A stretch of 64,000 bases of DNA from Felis catus (taxonomy: Eukaryota): positions 17,672,001 to 17,736,000 of the forward strand of contig NC_058369.1 in assembly GCF_018350175.1 (NCBI RefSeq). Reading direction: 5' to 3'. A program made the translations under genes and the position numbers. Shown here piece by piece: positions 26,969-39,600 of this stretch. Under the pieces are notes generated by a model. It was not told the DNA's origin, did not search any database, and saw nothing but the letters and a program-made list of their open reading frames with translations. The first letter of the stretch is position 1; each line of letters opens with the position of its first letter.

Positions 26969-26974
26969 TTTAAT
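26969..26974 (-). terminator. PLXNB1 polyadenylation signal (ATTAAA)
   Basis: Plus-strand tttaat = ATTAAA on minus, about 630 nt past the stop, in the only AT-rich patch of an otherwise GC-rich 3'UTR. Confidence 0.7.
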
Positions 26975-27600
26975 TAAGAGCTGGGTCAGTGGGGCCACCG
27001 GTCTCCCCCAGGTCCCTGCAGCAAGTGCCCCTCCCCACTCGCTGCCTCTGAGGCAGGGTGGCCCTGAGGCAGCCAGCCCTGACAAGGGGTCAGTTTGTAG
27101 TGGCCTAGGAAAGGCATTCATCTCTCGGACCTAGGAATGTGGCAGCAGCAAAAGGCTGGAGGCAGCTAAAGTGAGGTCAGGGATGATGGAGGAGGAAAGG
27201 ACAGGAAGTGGGGCTCTCCTCCTTCCCCTCGGAATCCCGGTGGGTCAAAGACCAGTGTTCAGGAACAGTACAGTTTCTCCAGAGGCTGGAGGCCCTTCCA
27301 GCCACTCTCTGGAAGCCCTGAGTCCCTGACTCCCCACAGACCGACGTCACACAGAAAAGAGCCCACAGGGTCACTGGGCTCGGGGAGCAGGCTGGGCACC
27401 ACCCCATCAGCCTCACAGCCCCAGGCCTGCGAGGTAGGTCCAGCAGGGCCCAGGCCAGAGGCCCCAGGAGCCCGGGGGCCACCTTCCACTAACTCTGCTC
27501 GTCAGGTACTACAGGCATCTAAGAAGGCAGCTTCTCCCTCACGGTTCCAGGGCTGCCCGGGCAGGGCTGAGGCAATGGCAGGCCAGGGCTGGCCAGTTCC

Positions 27601-30600
27601 CTACAGGTCCGTGACCTTGTTCTCCACAGCGGCTGCGATCTGCTGGAGCCGGTAGCCCAGCTGCATCTTCTGAGCCGTGCCATCCTCCTCCAGGGCAGTG
27701 ATGATCTGCAACAGACACCGGCCGGTCAGCAGGGCCTACCAGCCACCGCATGCACCCACAGCCCTCAGCAGGCCTCCTCAGGTACTGCGGCACAACTGGG
27801 GGCCTCAGCGAGCCGTCTCACTTCCTCGGGGCCTTGCTGGGGTTTTACCTCCACCAGTAAAAATCGTTTTGAGTGGAGCCCAGCCACACCCACCAGGCTA
27901 GCCTTTCCCCCCACAAAACCCCTAGAAGCCCTGTTCCAGTCCCCTGGCTCCCCCTGCCCCCACCAGGCAGCAAGCATTTCCTGTGTTCCCATTCCAGGTG
28001 CTGGCATGGAGCAGGGACCCCACAATGATGGGACACGTGTGATCCTGCCCTCACAAGGCTCATTGATGGCAGGACAGATTCTGACCCAACACCAACAACC
28101 ACATAAGCACAAATGAGGGCTGCCACAGGGGAGCGGTGGAGCCCAGGAGGGGCTGGCCTGTGCCGTTTCCACGAGGGTACATGAGGTACCACACGCCCCC
28201 GCCTCCCCCATGCAGGAGCTCACACTGCCTGAGCAAGCCTGGGGTGCCTGGAATTCACGTTAAATGACTATCCCCCAGGCCGGCCACCAGGCAGGCTCCT
28301 CATCGCTGAACAGCAACAGCCACATCGTTGGTGCCACACACACATCCGATAGGACGATTCTGGCAGACGCTTAGTAGGCTGACTCGTAGGTGCTGTGATC
28401 TTGGGGCCCAGTCCAAGTTCCCCAGACGGCCCCCTTGCTGGCTCTGCCGTCCCCTCACCCACTCCTGGCAGGACCTTCTTCTCTGGCCGTGCACAGCACG
28501 CTGCCACTGTGGGGACTCGAGTAGGGATGGGGACCAGGACAAGGTGGGGGCAGAGGCAGCAGCTGTGTCCTTCCCAGACCATCCCCCACGCCATCTCCAG
28601 ACCCTGGCAGATCCCCGGCATCCCAGCTGCTGCCGAGGAGCCCCAGAGGAGAGGGCAAGGATGGGGAGAGCAGGGGAGGTACCAGGACCCTGCCCTGACC
28701 CTGCTCTGTGCCTGGGGAAGACCACTAGTCACAGCCCTTCCCTCCCTCCATCAGGGCCCAGGGTTCTGCCCACCTGGTCATAGTACTTGTTGATATACTT
28801 GTAGAGTTCATGCAGGGCCACTCGTGCCCCAAGGTCCCCAGAGTAGTTCTAAGGAGAAGAGGTAAGAGAGACGAGCATTGTCACCAACCACAGGACCCCT
28901 GGGAAATGGGGAGGAGGTGGCAGAAAGGACAGGCCCTGCAGCAGGAAGCCCTGCCTACAGACCAGGGATCCCAGGTCTGCAGCGTGAGCAGGGCCCTGCT
29001 TCTCTCCCCTCAAGGCGGCAGCTGGGACCCCAGATGGTTGCAGGGCCCAGTGGGACAGCGGCCGCTTACGGGCTGTGACCCAGCTAGGTCTGCTCTGATC
29101 TCCATCACATCTTCCGGGAGGTTGCACGGGGCCCCTCCATGGGGCCATCTCTGAGCCCGCACCTCCTCATCAGGACAACAGGGCTAATAGCGCTCAACCT
29201 GTGGAGCTCCTATGGGGGTCAGGCGAGAGGACAATCAAAGCACCACCACCAAATCGTAGCTGCTATTGTTGCGTGTTCTGTGTCCTTGTGGTCCTCCATC
29301 ACTTAGTGTTCAGAAACACTAAGTTCCCTGGAGTTTATGTTTGGAGACTGTTTTAAAAGTAGGTGGGGGCACGTCTACACCGACGGAAGCAATGCTGTAT
29401 GAAGACACGGGCAGACTGACCTGGGCTGTCCTGGGGCTGAATCCCAGCCACCTCACTGCTCTGGATACATCGTCCCCAGACCCAAACACGGGCTGCAGGC
29501 ACCCAAGCAGCTGGCCGAGTCAGGTCAGGTGGCAGCTGCCGGGACAAGAGCCTGCTGCTCTGTAGTGAGATGTTGGGAGCCCTGGTCTTTTATAGTGGCC
29601 ATTAGAACATTCTGCATTTATGGGGATGGTATGTGTCCTGCCCCCAACCAGCTCGCAGGATCGCTGAGGCCCCAAGGGCTTCCTTGCAAAACAGCAGGAT
29701 CCTCATGGCAGGAGGCCTGTGCCCAACCCAAGAAGCAGAGGGAGGGCCATACCCGAGACAGCTCAGCCAGGATGGAGTTCATCTCTTGGTCACTGGCGGG
29801 GACGGTCTGCCTGATGTCTGCGTAGTACCTGCCAGAGACCACGGCCAGCTGCTGGGTAAACAAACCATTCCTCCCCCCACAGGGCCCATCCCACGGCTGC
29901 AGCCATAAACATCCATCAGTCGGTCCACTCATCCCCCTTCCAGACCCTTTCCTCGCCCTCATACCTTTCCACCATCCGTTTGTAACGGGGAATATCTCGA
30001 GCATATAGAAGTTTGTTGATGGGGGAGTCCTAGGCGTCAGCAGGAGAGAAAGAGGAGAGTCCCCTTAGAGTGACCAACGGCCCCAATTTTCCCAGCACCG
30101 TTTCCGTTCTAAATATCCCAGGAACCCCTCAGTCCCAGGCAACTGGGATGGTTGGTGCCCCTGGCCCATTTCCCTCCGCAAGGACCTCCTCTGCCCACTC
30201 CCCTCCACCGATATCCAATCTCCACTCTGTCACCTCGAGCTTCTCCCCCAATTATTCCAAGGCCATTTCTCAGCTCCACATGCCTCCACCTGGATCCAGC
30301 AGGGAACCGGCATGCGGGGCGGGAGGGCACCGTGCCATATGGAGCCCTAATGCCGCTTTTCCATGTGCTGCTCATTCCCCACGTAATCATTTCAAAAATC
30401 AGGAAACTGTGGCACCTGGGGGGCTCAGTCGGTAAAGTGTCTGACTTCGGCTCGGCCATGATCTCATGGCTCATGAACTCGAGCCCCACATCGGGCTCTG
30501 TGCTGACAGTGTGGAGCCTGCTTGGGATTCCCTCTCCCCTCTCTCTCTGCCCCTCCCCTGCTTGCACATGCACTCTCTCTCTCTCTCTCCCCAAAGAAAT

Positions 30601-33600
30601 AAACTTAACAAATAAAATAAATAAAATATAAAAATCAGGGAACTGACCCAGAAAATATAGTAGGAAATATAGTAACTTGTCCCACACCACCTCACTCTGA
30701 GTGGCCGAGCTGGCACCTGAAGCAGGTCTCTCAGGTCAGAGCCCACATGGTAACACACCCAGACACACCTTCCACCACTGCAGTGGGTTCCAATCCCAGC
30801 TCTGAGCTCTGGACGGCACCTGCTGCCTCACCCTACGGCTGCCGGGAGGGTGAGGTAAGATGGCGCCACCCCTGTGCGGCAGCGATGCATCCCTGGGCCT
30901 GAGTCATGAGTCAGCATGCATGCCTTCTCACCAACGCTCTGCCGGGGGGACCCTAGGCATTCCCGGTTTGGACTCTTCCTGAGCTACCCAGCAAGCATTT
31001 GCAGTTTTGCTGGGAAGGGGAGGCAAGGTGAAGGTTGGGCAAAACCCCAGCCACCACACAGCCTCCACCCGAGGTAGCCCTCGCCGGTCCTCGCGGTGGG
31101 GTTCGTTGTAGGCACAGTGACGAGAACACACAGAATAGAAACTGCTCTCAAAAGACAGCACTACAGAGTAGAAGTTTGCATTCTGTTTCTTCACAGAAGT
31201 CTAGAGATCGATCCCTCAAGAGGTAACAGCTCCCTGCACAGGCCTGCAGAGCCCCAGGCCCTGCCTGCTGGGTGCCTGAGTCACTGCAGCAGGGACCCCT
31301 TATCTGTCATGGGACTCCCTTGGCTCTCACTACTGTGACAACACCCCGCCACCACCACAGCCCTGGCCATTCCTCTCTGCTTCCCAGCGCCCCTCGCCAG
31401 CACCTCGCCCATGCCTGGCGCTCACTGCCTGGACTCTCCCGTCTACACTGCACCGACAGGCAGATACCTCCTCTGCCCCTGTGTGTAGGGAACGAGGAAA
31501 AGGCAGGGTGACTTCTGATCCCTGGGCCTCCGGCTATGGTGAGCCCAGACTTGGAGGAGGTGAGCCCGAGGTGATGGTGGGGCCGCTAGGTTGGTTTCCA
31601 GGTAGACATGTGGATCCTACAATCACAGGACAGCTCCAGGCTGCCCGGTGGATTTGGTTCCTGAGGGGTCATCACTGCCACCTCCCGGGGAGCTCAGGGA
31701 CAAAGCCCAGCCTGGGGCTGGAGTCAGAGGCCTCCCCTAGCCCTCCTCCCCGACATTCTCAGCCAAGCCTGGAATCGGCGCACACACAACACTGTCCACA
31801 CCTGGCCCATACTACCCTGCCCCATTCGTGCCCTCCGTGTCCACCCTGACCCACTCACCCGGCCCAGCTTGTGGTCGGCCAGGGTGCAGGCATCCATGAA
31901 CGTCTGAGCAATGACCAAGAGCACTGCATCCATGTTATCAGATGTCTGCACGTCGAACACAAACTGCGGGTTTTTTATTATATTGATCCAGAACCTTAGC
32001 GGCAGGCTGTGGGTAGGGCAGGCAGGGCCAGTGAGCGTGCTGGGGGGGTGGGAGAGAAGACCCCCCACACACCTGGCCCGCCTTGCCCCACCCCCACCCC
32101 CACCTGTTGGTCTTCCAGATATGGACGGTGTCCTGGTCAGAGATGCCGTGCTGCTGGGCCTGCTCATCCAGCAGGTCGAAGAAGTACTTGATAGCAAGCG
32201 GCACGGGGCGGCTGGTGCTGAGAATCACCTGGAATAGGTCGTCCACAAACTTCTGCAGTGTGCCCTGGTGGGGAGGGGAAGCACAGAGGACGTACGGTCA
32301 GCAAGGGGACAGGGGACCTCGGCCCCAGCCCGGCCTCAGACACCTCGCGGCACTATGCCCGTGCGAGCCCCACACCACACCCAAACCCCATAAGTAGCCG
32401 TCCCCTCCCCCACAGCCCAGACCTACGGCCTGTCCCATCCCTGACCCCAGCCTCCAATCCCTCCTGCCCCACCTTCATGGACAACAGGCGGGTCAGGTAG
32501 ATCTCAGGGATGGCCTTGGCTCGCTCGCGCTCCCCACCCCGAAGGCTGCCCCTCCGAGGCCTGGGAGGCTCCGGCTCCTCACTTGGCTTCACTAGGTGCC
32601 AGGGCCGGATGCCCCCCTCGTCCACATCCTCCAGCATTGGGGTCCCTGTGCCAAGACCCCACAGCTCGTCATCCCTCATCAGGTACCACGTCCCCTGGGA
32701 CCCCAGCGTCCCGCCAACTTCCAGGAGTGGAAGCACAGGTTGAGGGCTTCTCTAGGTGGAAGGGAGGTAGACACAAGCCTACCCTCAGGTCCAGAAGACC
32801 TGCCCCAGTACTGGGGACTGGGCAAAGCAGGGGCAGAGGACAGTGATTGGGTAGGGGCTGGAAGTGGGGGGCATACTCACTCTCTCCAGGGACATAATCC
32901 TGGTTTTCCCGGAGAACGTGCTTGGTGAGGCAGGGGACCAGGGCCACAGTTGCTCCATCTGGGACCTGCTAATCACAGCTGGTGACCCCTCCACCAGCCC
33001 CACCCCGCCTACCCCGCCTCCCGCTCTTACCCCTCCCACCTTGTAATGCTGCAGGGTGTTCAGGCGCCTCCACAGGCCCTGGACCTCAGAAGTCACGTCC
33101 TCATCAGAAAGAATGAGATGCCCAGCCACCCCAGACCGCCACTCTGCAAGAGCAAGTTGGGACTTGGTCCAGGGCTTCCAGAACACCCTTCCTGCGGCGG
33201 AGCCTACCTCCTCCTCCACAGGGACACAGGCCCCACCATCAGGGGGCAGCCTTATCCAACCCCTCCAAAGACTAGGATCAGGGGCCCCTCACCATGTGAG
33301 AGGTCGTTCCAGCCTCTGCCCTGTGCCCACTGAGCGATATGGTCCAGGGCCAGCCCAGCCTGCACCCTGGCTCAGGTCCCCAGGCTACCCTTCCCCTCCA
33401 CCCTCACCAACATCCAGGGTACGGGGGTCTGGCCGCTGGGCGAGAGGTACTCCTTTATAAAGCTGGTCCAACATCTTCTCTTTGGCCTGGGAGATGGTAT
33501 CGCAGTCCAGGACCTTCACAGGCACACCCTGGGCCTCTCCTGCGCCGGGCCCCACAGCCAACAGTGCATTCAAGGTCTACCGAGGTATATGCGGGAGCAA

Positions 33601-36600
33601 TCAGGGCTCATGCCACACATGGGATGACCGACACACAAGGTCAAGGACAACCCATGAGGAAGCCACTGGTTCTGACCTCTCGGCACCAACAACTCCCTAA
33701 TTCTTATCTCTTTAGCCGTCCACCCGCCCAGGGACAGCGGCTTCCTCCACTCTGACCCCACCTCCAGCACAGTGCACTAGTAAATGTCTACGGGGTGAAT
33801 GGCAGAAAAAAACAAGTGAACACAAGTCCCTCTTAACTCAGGTCCCCAGGTTCCTGGCTCAACTGGTCAGGCTGAGGCACCTGAGAGAAGCTTCATAAGA
33901 AGTAAGGATTCCTACCGGCCCGAGAGGGGGCAGGTTTGGTGGAGCCTGAATGAGATTTTCCCAAAGGTACCCCGCGTGGGCCACCAAGGAAGGTATCCCG
34001 CGTGGATCACCAGGAAAGGTGCCCTGCGTGGGCCACCAAAGAAGGCACTCCACTAAGGGGATAGCAACCCGGAGGAAGAGATGGACAAGACTGACAGAGC
34101 TGGCTCCTGGCTTGGTGGGCACATCACATCACTGGCAGGACACTGAGATGATGGTCCTGCAAACGCTCAGGCCCTGGCCCAGTCCCAGGGCTTGTGGACT
34201 GCTCCCCAAACCCCTGCTGTGACCCTATCTCACTCCGACCCCATCTCAAGCCTGAGGGCCCATCCTCAAGGCCTTCTGCCTTGAGGTCTAGTCCTCAAGC
34301 CTCTATGCTGCTCAACTAATCTAAAGGCTTCTCTCCAGCAGCCAGCCATTCACAATGATCACACGTGCTTACCCTCCGCATCCTCACCAGGGACAGACAC
34401 CACTGAGCGTATGCACGTTCACATTCTCTTTCCCTCCCTCCCCCTATCCCTCCCTGACTCGGTCTCCCTATCCCTCTCCCTTCCTCCCTCCCTCACCAGG
34501 GGACGGTACTCCACGTCCTCTCTGAGAAGGCGGTTGTCATTCAGGGTGTATTTGGCTTTGCCAGTCACGCTATCCACTGGCCCCTTGTCCACTTGATGTT
34601 TAATTCCACGGAAGAGCATGTACAGCGGCTCCCCTACTGAGTCCTGAGGAAGTGACAGCCAGTGAGGGCCCCCAGGGCAGGTGACAGGCATGAAACAGAG
34701 CTGTATGGGACACGGCCCATGCTGGGGAAGGGGACAGACTGCAGAGGGCCTGAGGTGAATGAGACATGCTGGGCAGGAGTGTCTGGACTGAACGGGGCTG
34801 GAAGCTGTGTGGTTTAGAGTCCCGCCTCGCCCCGGAGGGGAGCCCAAGCCCTGTCCACGTCTGCCTCTCTCACCCTCACGAAGGTGTACAGGCAGATGGA
34901 CATCCAGTTGGTGAGCAACTTCTCCACCACGGTCTCTGTCCTAGGATGACAGGAAAGGGGAGGGGCAGGGTCAGAGGTAGGGCCTCTGGGCTCCCTGTTC
35001 TGTGAACCCCTAAACCCCAGGGGGTCTGACGCAGCCCTTGGCTCCAGCCCTCATAACCACAAGGCCCCCATGGCTTCTGACAGCCACACAGACCTGCGCA
35101 GCATCAGCTTGGGGTTCTTGGCCACGTACTGGGCCACCAGGTCACTGAGCAGGGTTCGGAGGATGTCAGTGAAGTACTCGAGCTTCCCGTGCAGCGCCAC
35201 CGTGAGCAGAGATGCCACGTAGGCTCGGTCCCGAGCTGAGAAGGTGCGCTGGCTCTCCAGGGTGTGGATGAACTGGCACCAGGGAGGCGGGATAAGGAGG
35301 AAGGGGCCCATTCAAAAAAGGAGGGACAAAGAAGGGGCGGGGCTGGGGCAGGAGGGGTGGGGCCAGGAGGGGACAGATGTGGGGAGGCCTGGGGTGGGGC
35401 TGTGCGTGGCACCTTGGTGAGGAAGAGCTTGCTGTTGAGCAGGTTGGAGAGCTGCCCCAGCCCTTGTTCCACGGTGGGTCGCCTGCTCTCCGGTACACCC
35501 AGGTCCCGGTGCAAGGGCGACTCCTGGTGCCCAGGGAAGAAGACCCTCTCAGCATACACCTTATAGTCGAGGAAGGGGATGCCACTGCCCAGAAGGTCAC
35601 TGGTGAGATCGGTCATCTCAGTCATGAGGTCTGTTGGGCAGAAGAGGCCAGGTTTGGGCGTGGATCCCACCCGACGGGAGCAGACTTTCACAGGGCCCTG
35701 AAACATGTTCCGGGCCTACTCTCTGCAGCCTCACCCGTGAACTCCTTCTTGCAGCGGTCCCGCACGCTGCTCTCCAGATTCTCCAGCTGGATCTGGACCT
35801 TCTTATAGTCCCTCAGGGCCTGCTTGCTCTTCCTCCTGCTCAGCACCAAGGTCAGGAAGGGGAAGGCCAGACAAGGCCAGAGCCCTTGCTGGTGCCTATG
35901 GCCCAGGCCTGTCTACCCCAGCCTCACCCTGGCTTAGGCCGGCACAGTCTGACCCAGCCATGCCCAGCCAAGCCAAGGCCTAGCCCAGAATAATTTGGCC
36001 TGTCGCATCCTGGGCAAGTCACACCCCATATCCAGTCTAGCCCAGGAGTTTAGCCCAGGGATCAACAAACTACAAGCAGGCCAAATCTGGCCCACGACCT
36101 ATTTCTGTAAATAAAGATTTGTTGGCACACGGCCACAGTCATGTGTTTGCATATGGTCCGTGGCAGCTTCTGCTCTGCAACAGTGGAGTTGAGCCCCTGC
36201 AACTGAGGCCACCCGGCCACAAAGCCTAAAATAGGTACTCTGGCCCTTTACAGGAAACTTTTGTTGACCCCTGGCCTAGTCTGCCCTTCCCATCCAGCCG
36301 CACCCCCCTACCTGCCCCAGCCCAGCCACATCCGGCTGCACCCACCTGTATATGAGGACAATGATGATGACGCCCAGAGCCAGAAGAGAGGTGCCCACCC
36401 CCAAGCCCACCTGGGCTGCCATGGGAAAAGCCACGGGGCTCTCGCCATCGTACTGCACGTGGCCCAGGGAGAAGTGCAGGTTCCCCATCTGCACCTATGT
36501 GGGGAGCCACCTGTGAGCAAGGTTTCAGCACAGGCCTGATGCCCGGCCCAACCCAGTGCCCACTCACTGACCGTGAACTCAGGCAAAGCATCGGGCGCCT

Positions 36601-39600
36601 CCCGGAGGACGTGGTGCTGGGGCAGAGGCTGCTCCAGGGGGGGCTCGCAGTACAGGTGGTGACGGGTCAGTGTCTTCACCACGCAGGGGCCGTCCCCTAT
36701 CATGGCCACCACCTCCTCCTTGGACATTGCAAGGTCCAGATTCTCCCCCTGGAACACGAGGGGTCACTCAGATCCCATCCCCTCAAGTGTGGGAAGGATG
36801 GTCCTGACACCCACCCCCGGGAGCAGGGCTGATGCCGGGTCAGCACCTCTTCCCCTGCATCAGAGGAGATAGTCCATGGCTATCCTCTGAGCTGCCCCCC
36901 GACCCTTCTCTACCCTTCCCATCCTTCTTCCTCACATCTTCACTTTTCTAGAGCTCAAAATCTGGACAATATAAAGTTGCCCCCGAATCCTGCCCAGTCA
37001 CCTAACAAAGCCAGAGCCACTACTGTGTCTGCTGGCCCACCAGGCGGACGATGCCGGGTTGTCTACCTGTGGCCTTTTAGAATGCCCACCTACCGCACGT
37101 GTCAGAACCCATGCCAAGTGTTTGTTCACGTTGAGTCAGGCTGCCAAATGGGCATCAGCCCAGGCGCCTACTGTGTACCACGCCACCCAGCTACTGCGTG
37201 TGCCAGACCATTTACATATTGTCATTCAGACTCCTGCCGTAGAGTGTGTGGGGCCCCAGGCTCCAGCCAGATGCATCAGGCGAGGCAGCCCATCACCAGC
37301 CCCTCAGCCCTCACATGTGAAGGGTGAGGAGCCAGGTCTGTCCGCTGGCCCTTGCTCTGCCTTCATGCCCCCTCTGCCACACACAGCCCCAATGACCAGC
37401 AAAGTGAAGGGTCGTGAGCCCCCTGCCCCTGTGTGTGAGCGGGAACAGTACCTCCACAGAGAGCACACTCCCAGGCTTGTGCCGGAATGGTGCGGTGGGG
37501 TCCTCGGGGTTGAGGGGCTGCAGAGTGGGGTCGGCCTCATAGGAGAAGGGTGTGGGGCTCAGTGTCGCGAAGTCAAAGACCAGGTTGTCAAGGATGAATT
37601 CCACCCGGACCCAGGGGTCCTCAGGCAGGCCTGGGAGGGCAGGCGTGTGGCACGTGATGAGCTGAGAGGAGTTCACGTGGCACGGCTCCTCAAACTGGGC
37701 CACAGAGAGGAAAGACAGGGGAGGAGAGTTGAGGGCCCAGGAAGGGGGCCCAGCAAAGACAGGGCAATAGCCTCTTTGGTATCCGCCACCCACGGCTGTG
37801 CACGGGGTGGAGTGCGGAGTGATGAGGGCGATGGCTACTCTAGTGCAAGCAGGGTACGCCCGTGGGTGTCCTACATGATGGCCACCACAGGAAGCTCCAG
37901 GGGAGCACGCTGTTTCTGGGATCACGCGGCGTCTCCGCCCAAGCCCCTGGCCGGGCTGCGGTGCTCTCGGAGCCACAGTCACTCGGATTCTTGGTGTCTG
38001 TACCACATCCAGATTCTGGCCACGGACCCATATCTTCCGTCCTCCACTGCAACACAGACCGTGAACCACCCATGGCTTAGGAGAACCGGGGCCAGCCCGG
38101 CCCAAAGCCCCTCGGCCCTCTCCCCAGCAGCAGCACGGGAGTCACGGCCTCCACAGAAAGCCCCGCAACCTCCCCACATACTAGAGCTGCAAAGACCTCC
38201 CTGCCGCATGCCATGAGGCCATGCCCTTGGCCCAGCACCTGAGGAAGCTCTTGGTGGGGCTGGCAGAGGTGACGTTGGGGTCTGACGTGTACTCAAACTG
38301 GCTGTGTTGAAGCCTCCGCTCAGCGGCCCCAAACCACACAGCCACAGGGAGCGTGGCAGGCGTGGGGTGGGGGCTGGTCTCACACTGCAGCTGCTCCGCC
38401 TGCTGCTCCAGCAGCCTGGGGAAGGGAGGGATGAGTGGAAGGCAGGCCAGGAAGGGGACAGGGATGATTTCCAGGACATGGGACCCCCTCAGGCCCCAGC
38501 TCGCTTCCCTTCAGAGCTGACTGCAAGCTCCACACGTGACCCTGGAGGCCACAGTCCCCCGACAGCCCCAGCTGAGGGAGGGTCTGGCCGCTTTCTGATG
38601 GAGCAGACCTGGCCCTCTCCCCCTTTCTGCTCTCCCAGCATCCCACCCCTCTGTCTTCTCCCTACAGCACACGGATTTCTTGCAGAATGAGGAAGCAGCC
38701 CTCACAGGTGGCAAGGCTGGTCTCCAACTACTACTCGGATGTCCTCCAGCCGCCCAGTCAGGAGCTTGGAGCCGTGCAGGGTAAGGCGGGTACCCCCCGC
38801 TCTGGGGCCTCGGGTTGGGAAGATGGAATGCACCTTCGGGTCCTGTGGGAAGGGGGATAGGGAAACATAGGCAGACATGAGGCCACAAACAGAGAAGCAG
38901 GGGGAGCCTGAGGAAGACAAGAAGGCCCCGGGTGAGAAGCCCCAGGAAGGCGAAACCGGACGGGCTGGCGGGGGAGCCACTTTACCTGATAGGCAAAGTC
39001 GTGCTCTGAGACACCGTGTCCTCTTCCCGGCACCTCCACCGTCACAGCGCCAGCCACCTCCTCCCCGCTGGCCTCAGTGATACACACGAAGCTGTGGGCA
39101 CAAGGCAGGCTGGGGTGCCGGGCCGCACCGAGGGCCCCTCAAACTGAGCTGGCTGCCCCACTAAATGAGGTGTTCTCCCTGCTCCCAAGATTGACAGAGA
39201 TCCTCTTGCTTTGGGGGGAATTCCTGATGGCACACCAGGGGGCTTTGGCATCTGAGAGTTAATACGCATGGTTTCAATCATTCAAGTCCAACCCTAGGGC
39301 CCCCTGCCGAGAGGAATTCACCTCTCTGCGCGGCACAAATTTACAAGGAGCCCTCTGAGGCTGGCTATAGGGACGAGCACCAAACTGATGAGTGGCCTAA
39401 CTAGCTGCCATCACCACGCACACCACACCACTTGCAAAGTGGTGGAAACTTGATTTCCTCGTGAAAAAAAAAAAAAGTCCCTGGAAGCTTCTAATCAGGT
39501 CTGGGGATAGATGGAAAGGGAAAGTGAGCAATCTAAGAAAATGTTGGTTCTCAGCCAGTAAACAGAGAAGCTTGGGACAAATTAATGTCCCCATGGTGAA

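Noticed and set aside
34264..34286. Perfect 9-bp hairpin cctcaaggc-cttct-gccttgagg
   Set aside because: Short enough to arise by chance in 64 kb; no supporting context.
37059..38216. 385-aa plus-strand ORF
   Set aside because: Antisense shadow of GC-rich PLXNB1 exons and introns; non-ATG start and no recognisable domain.
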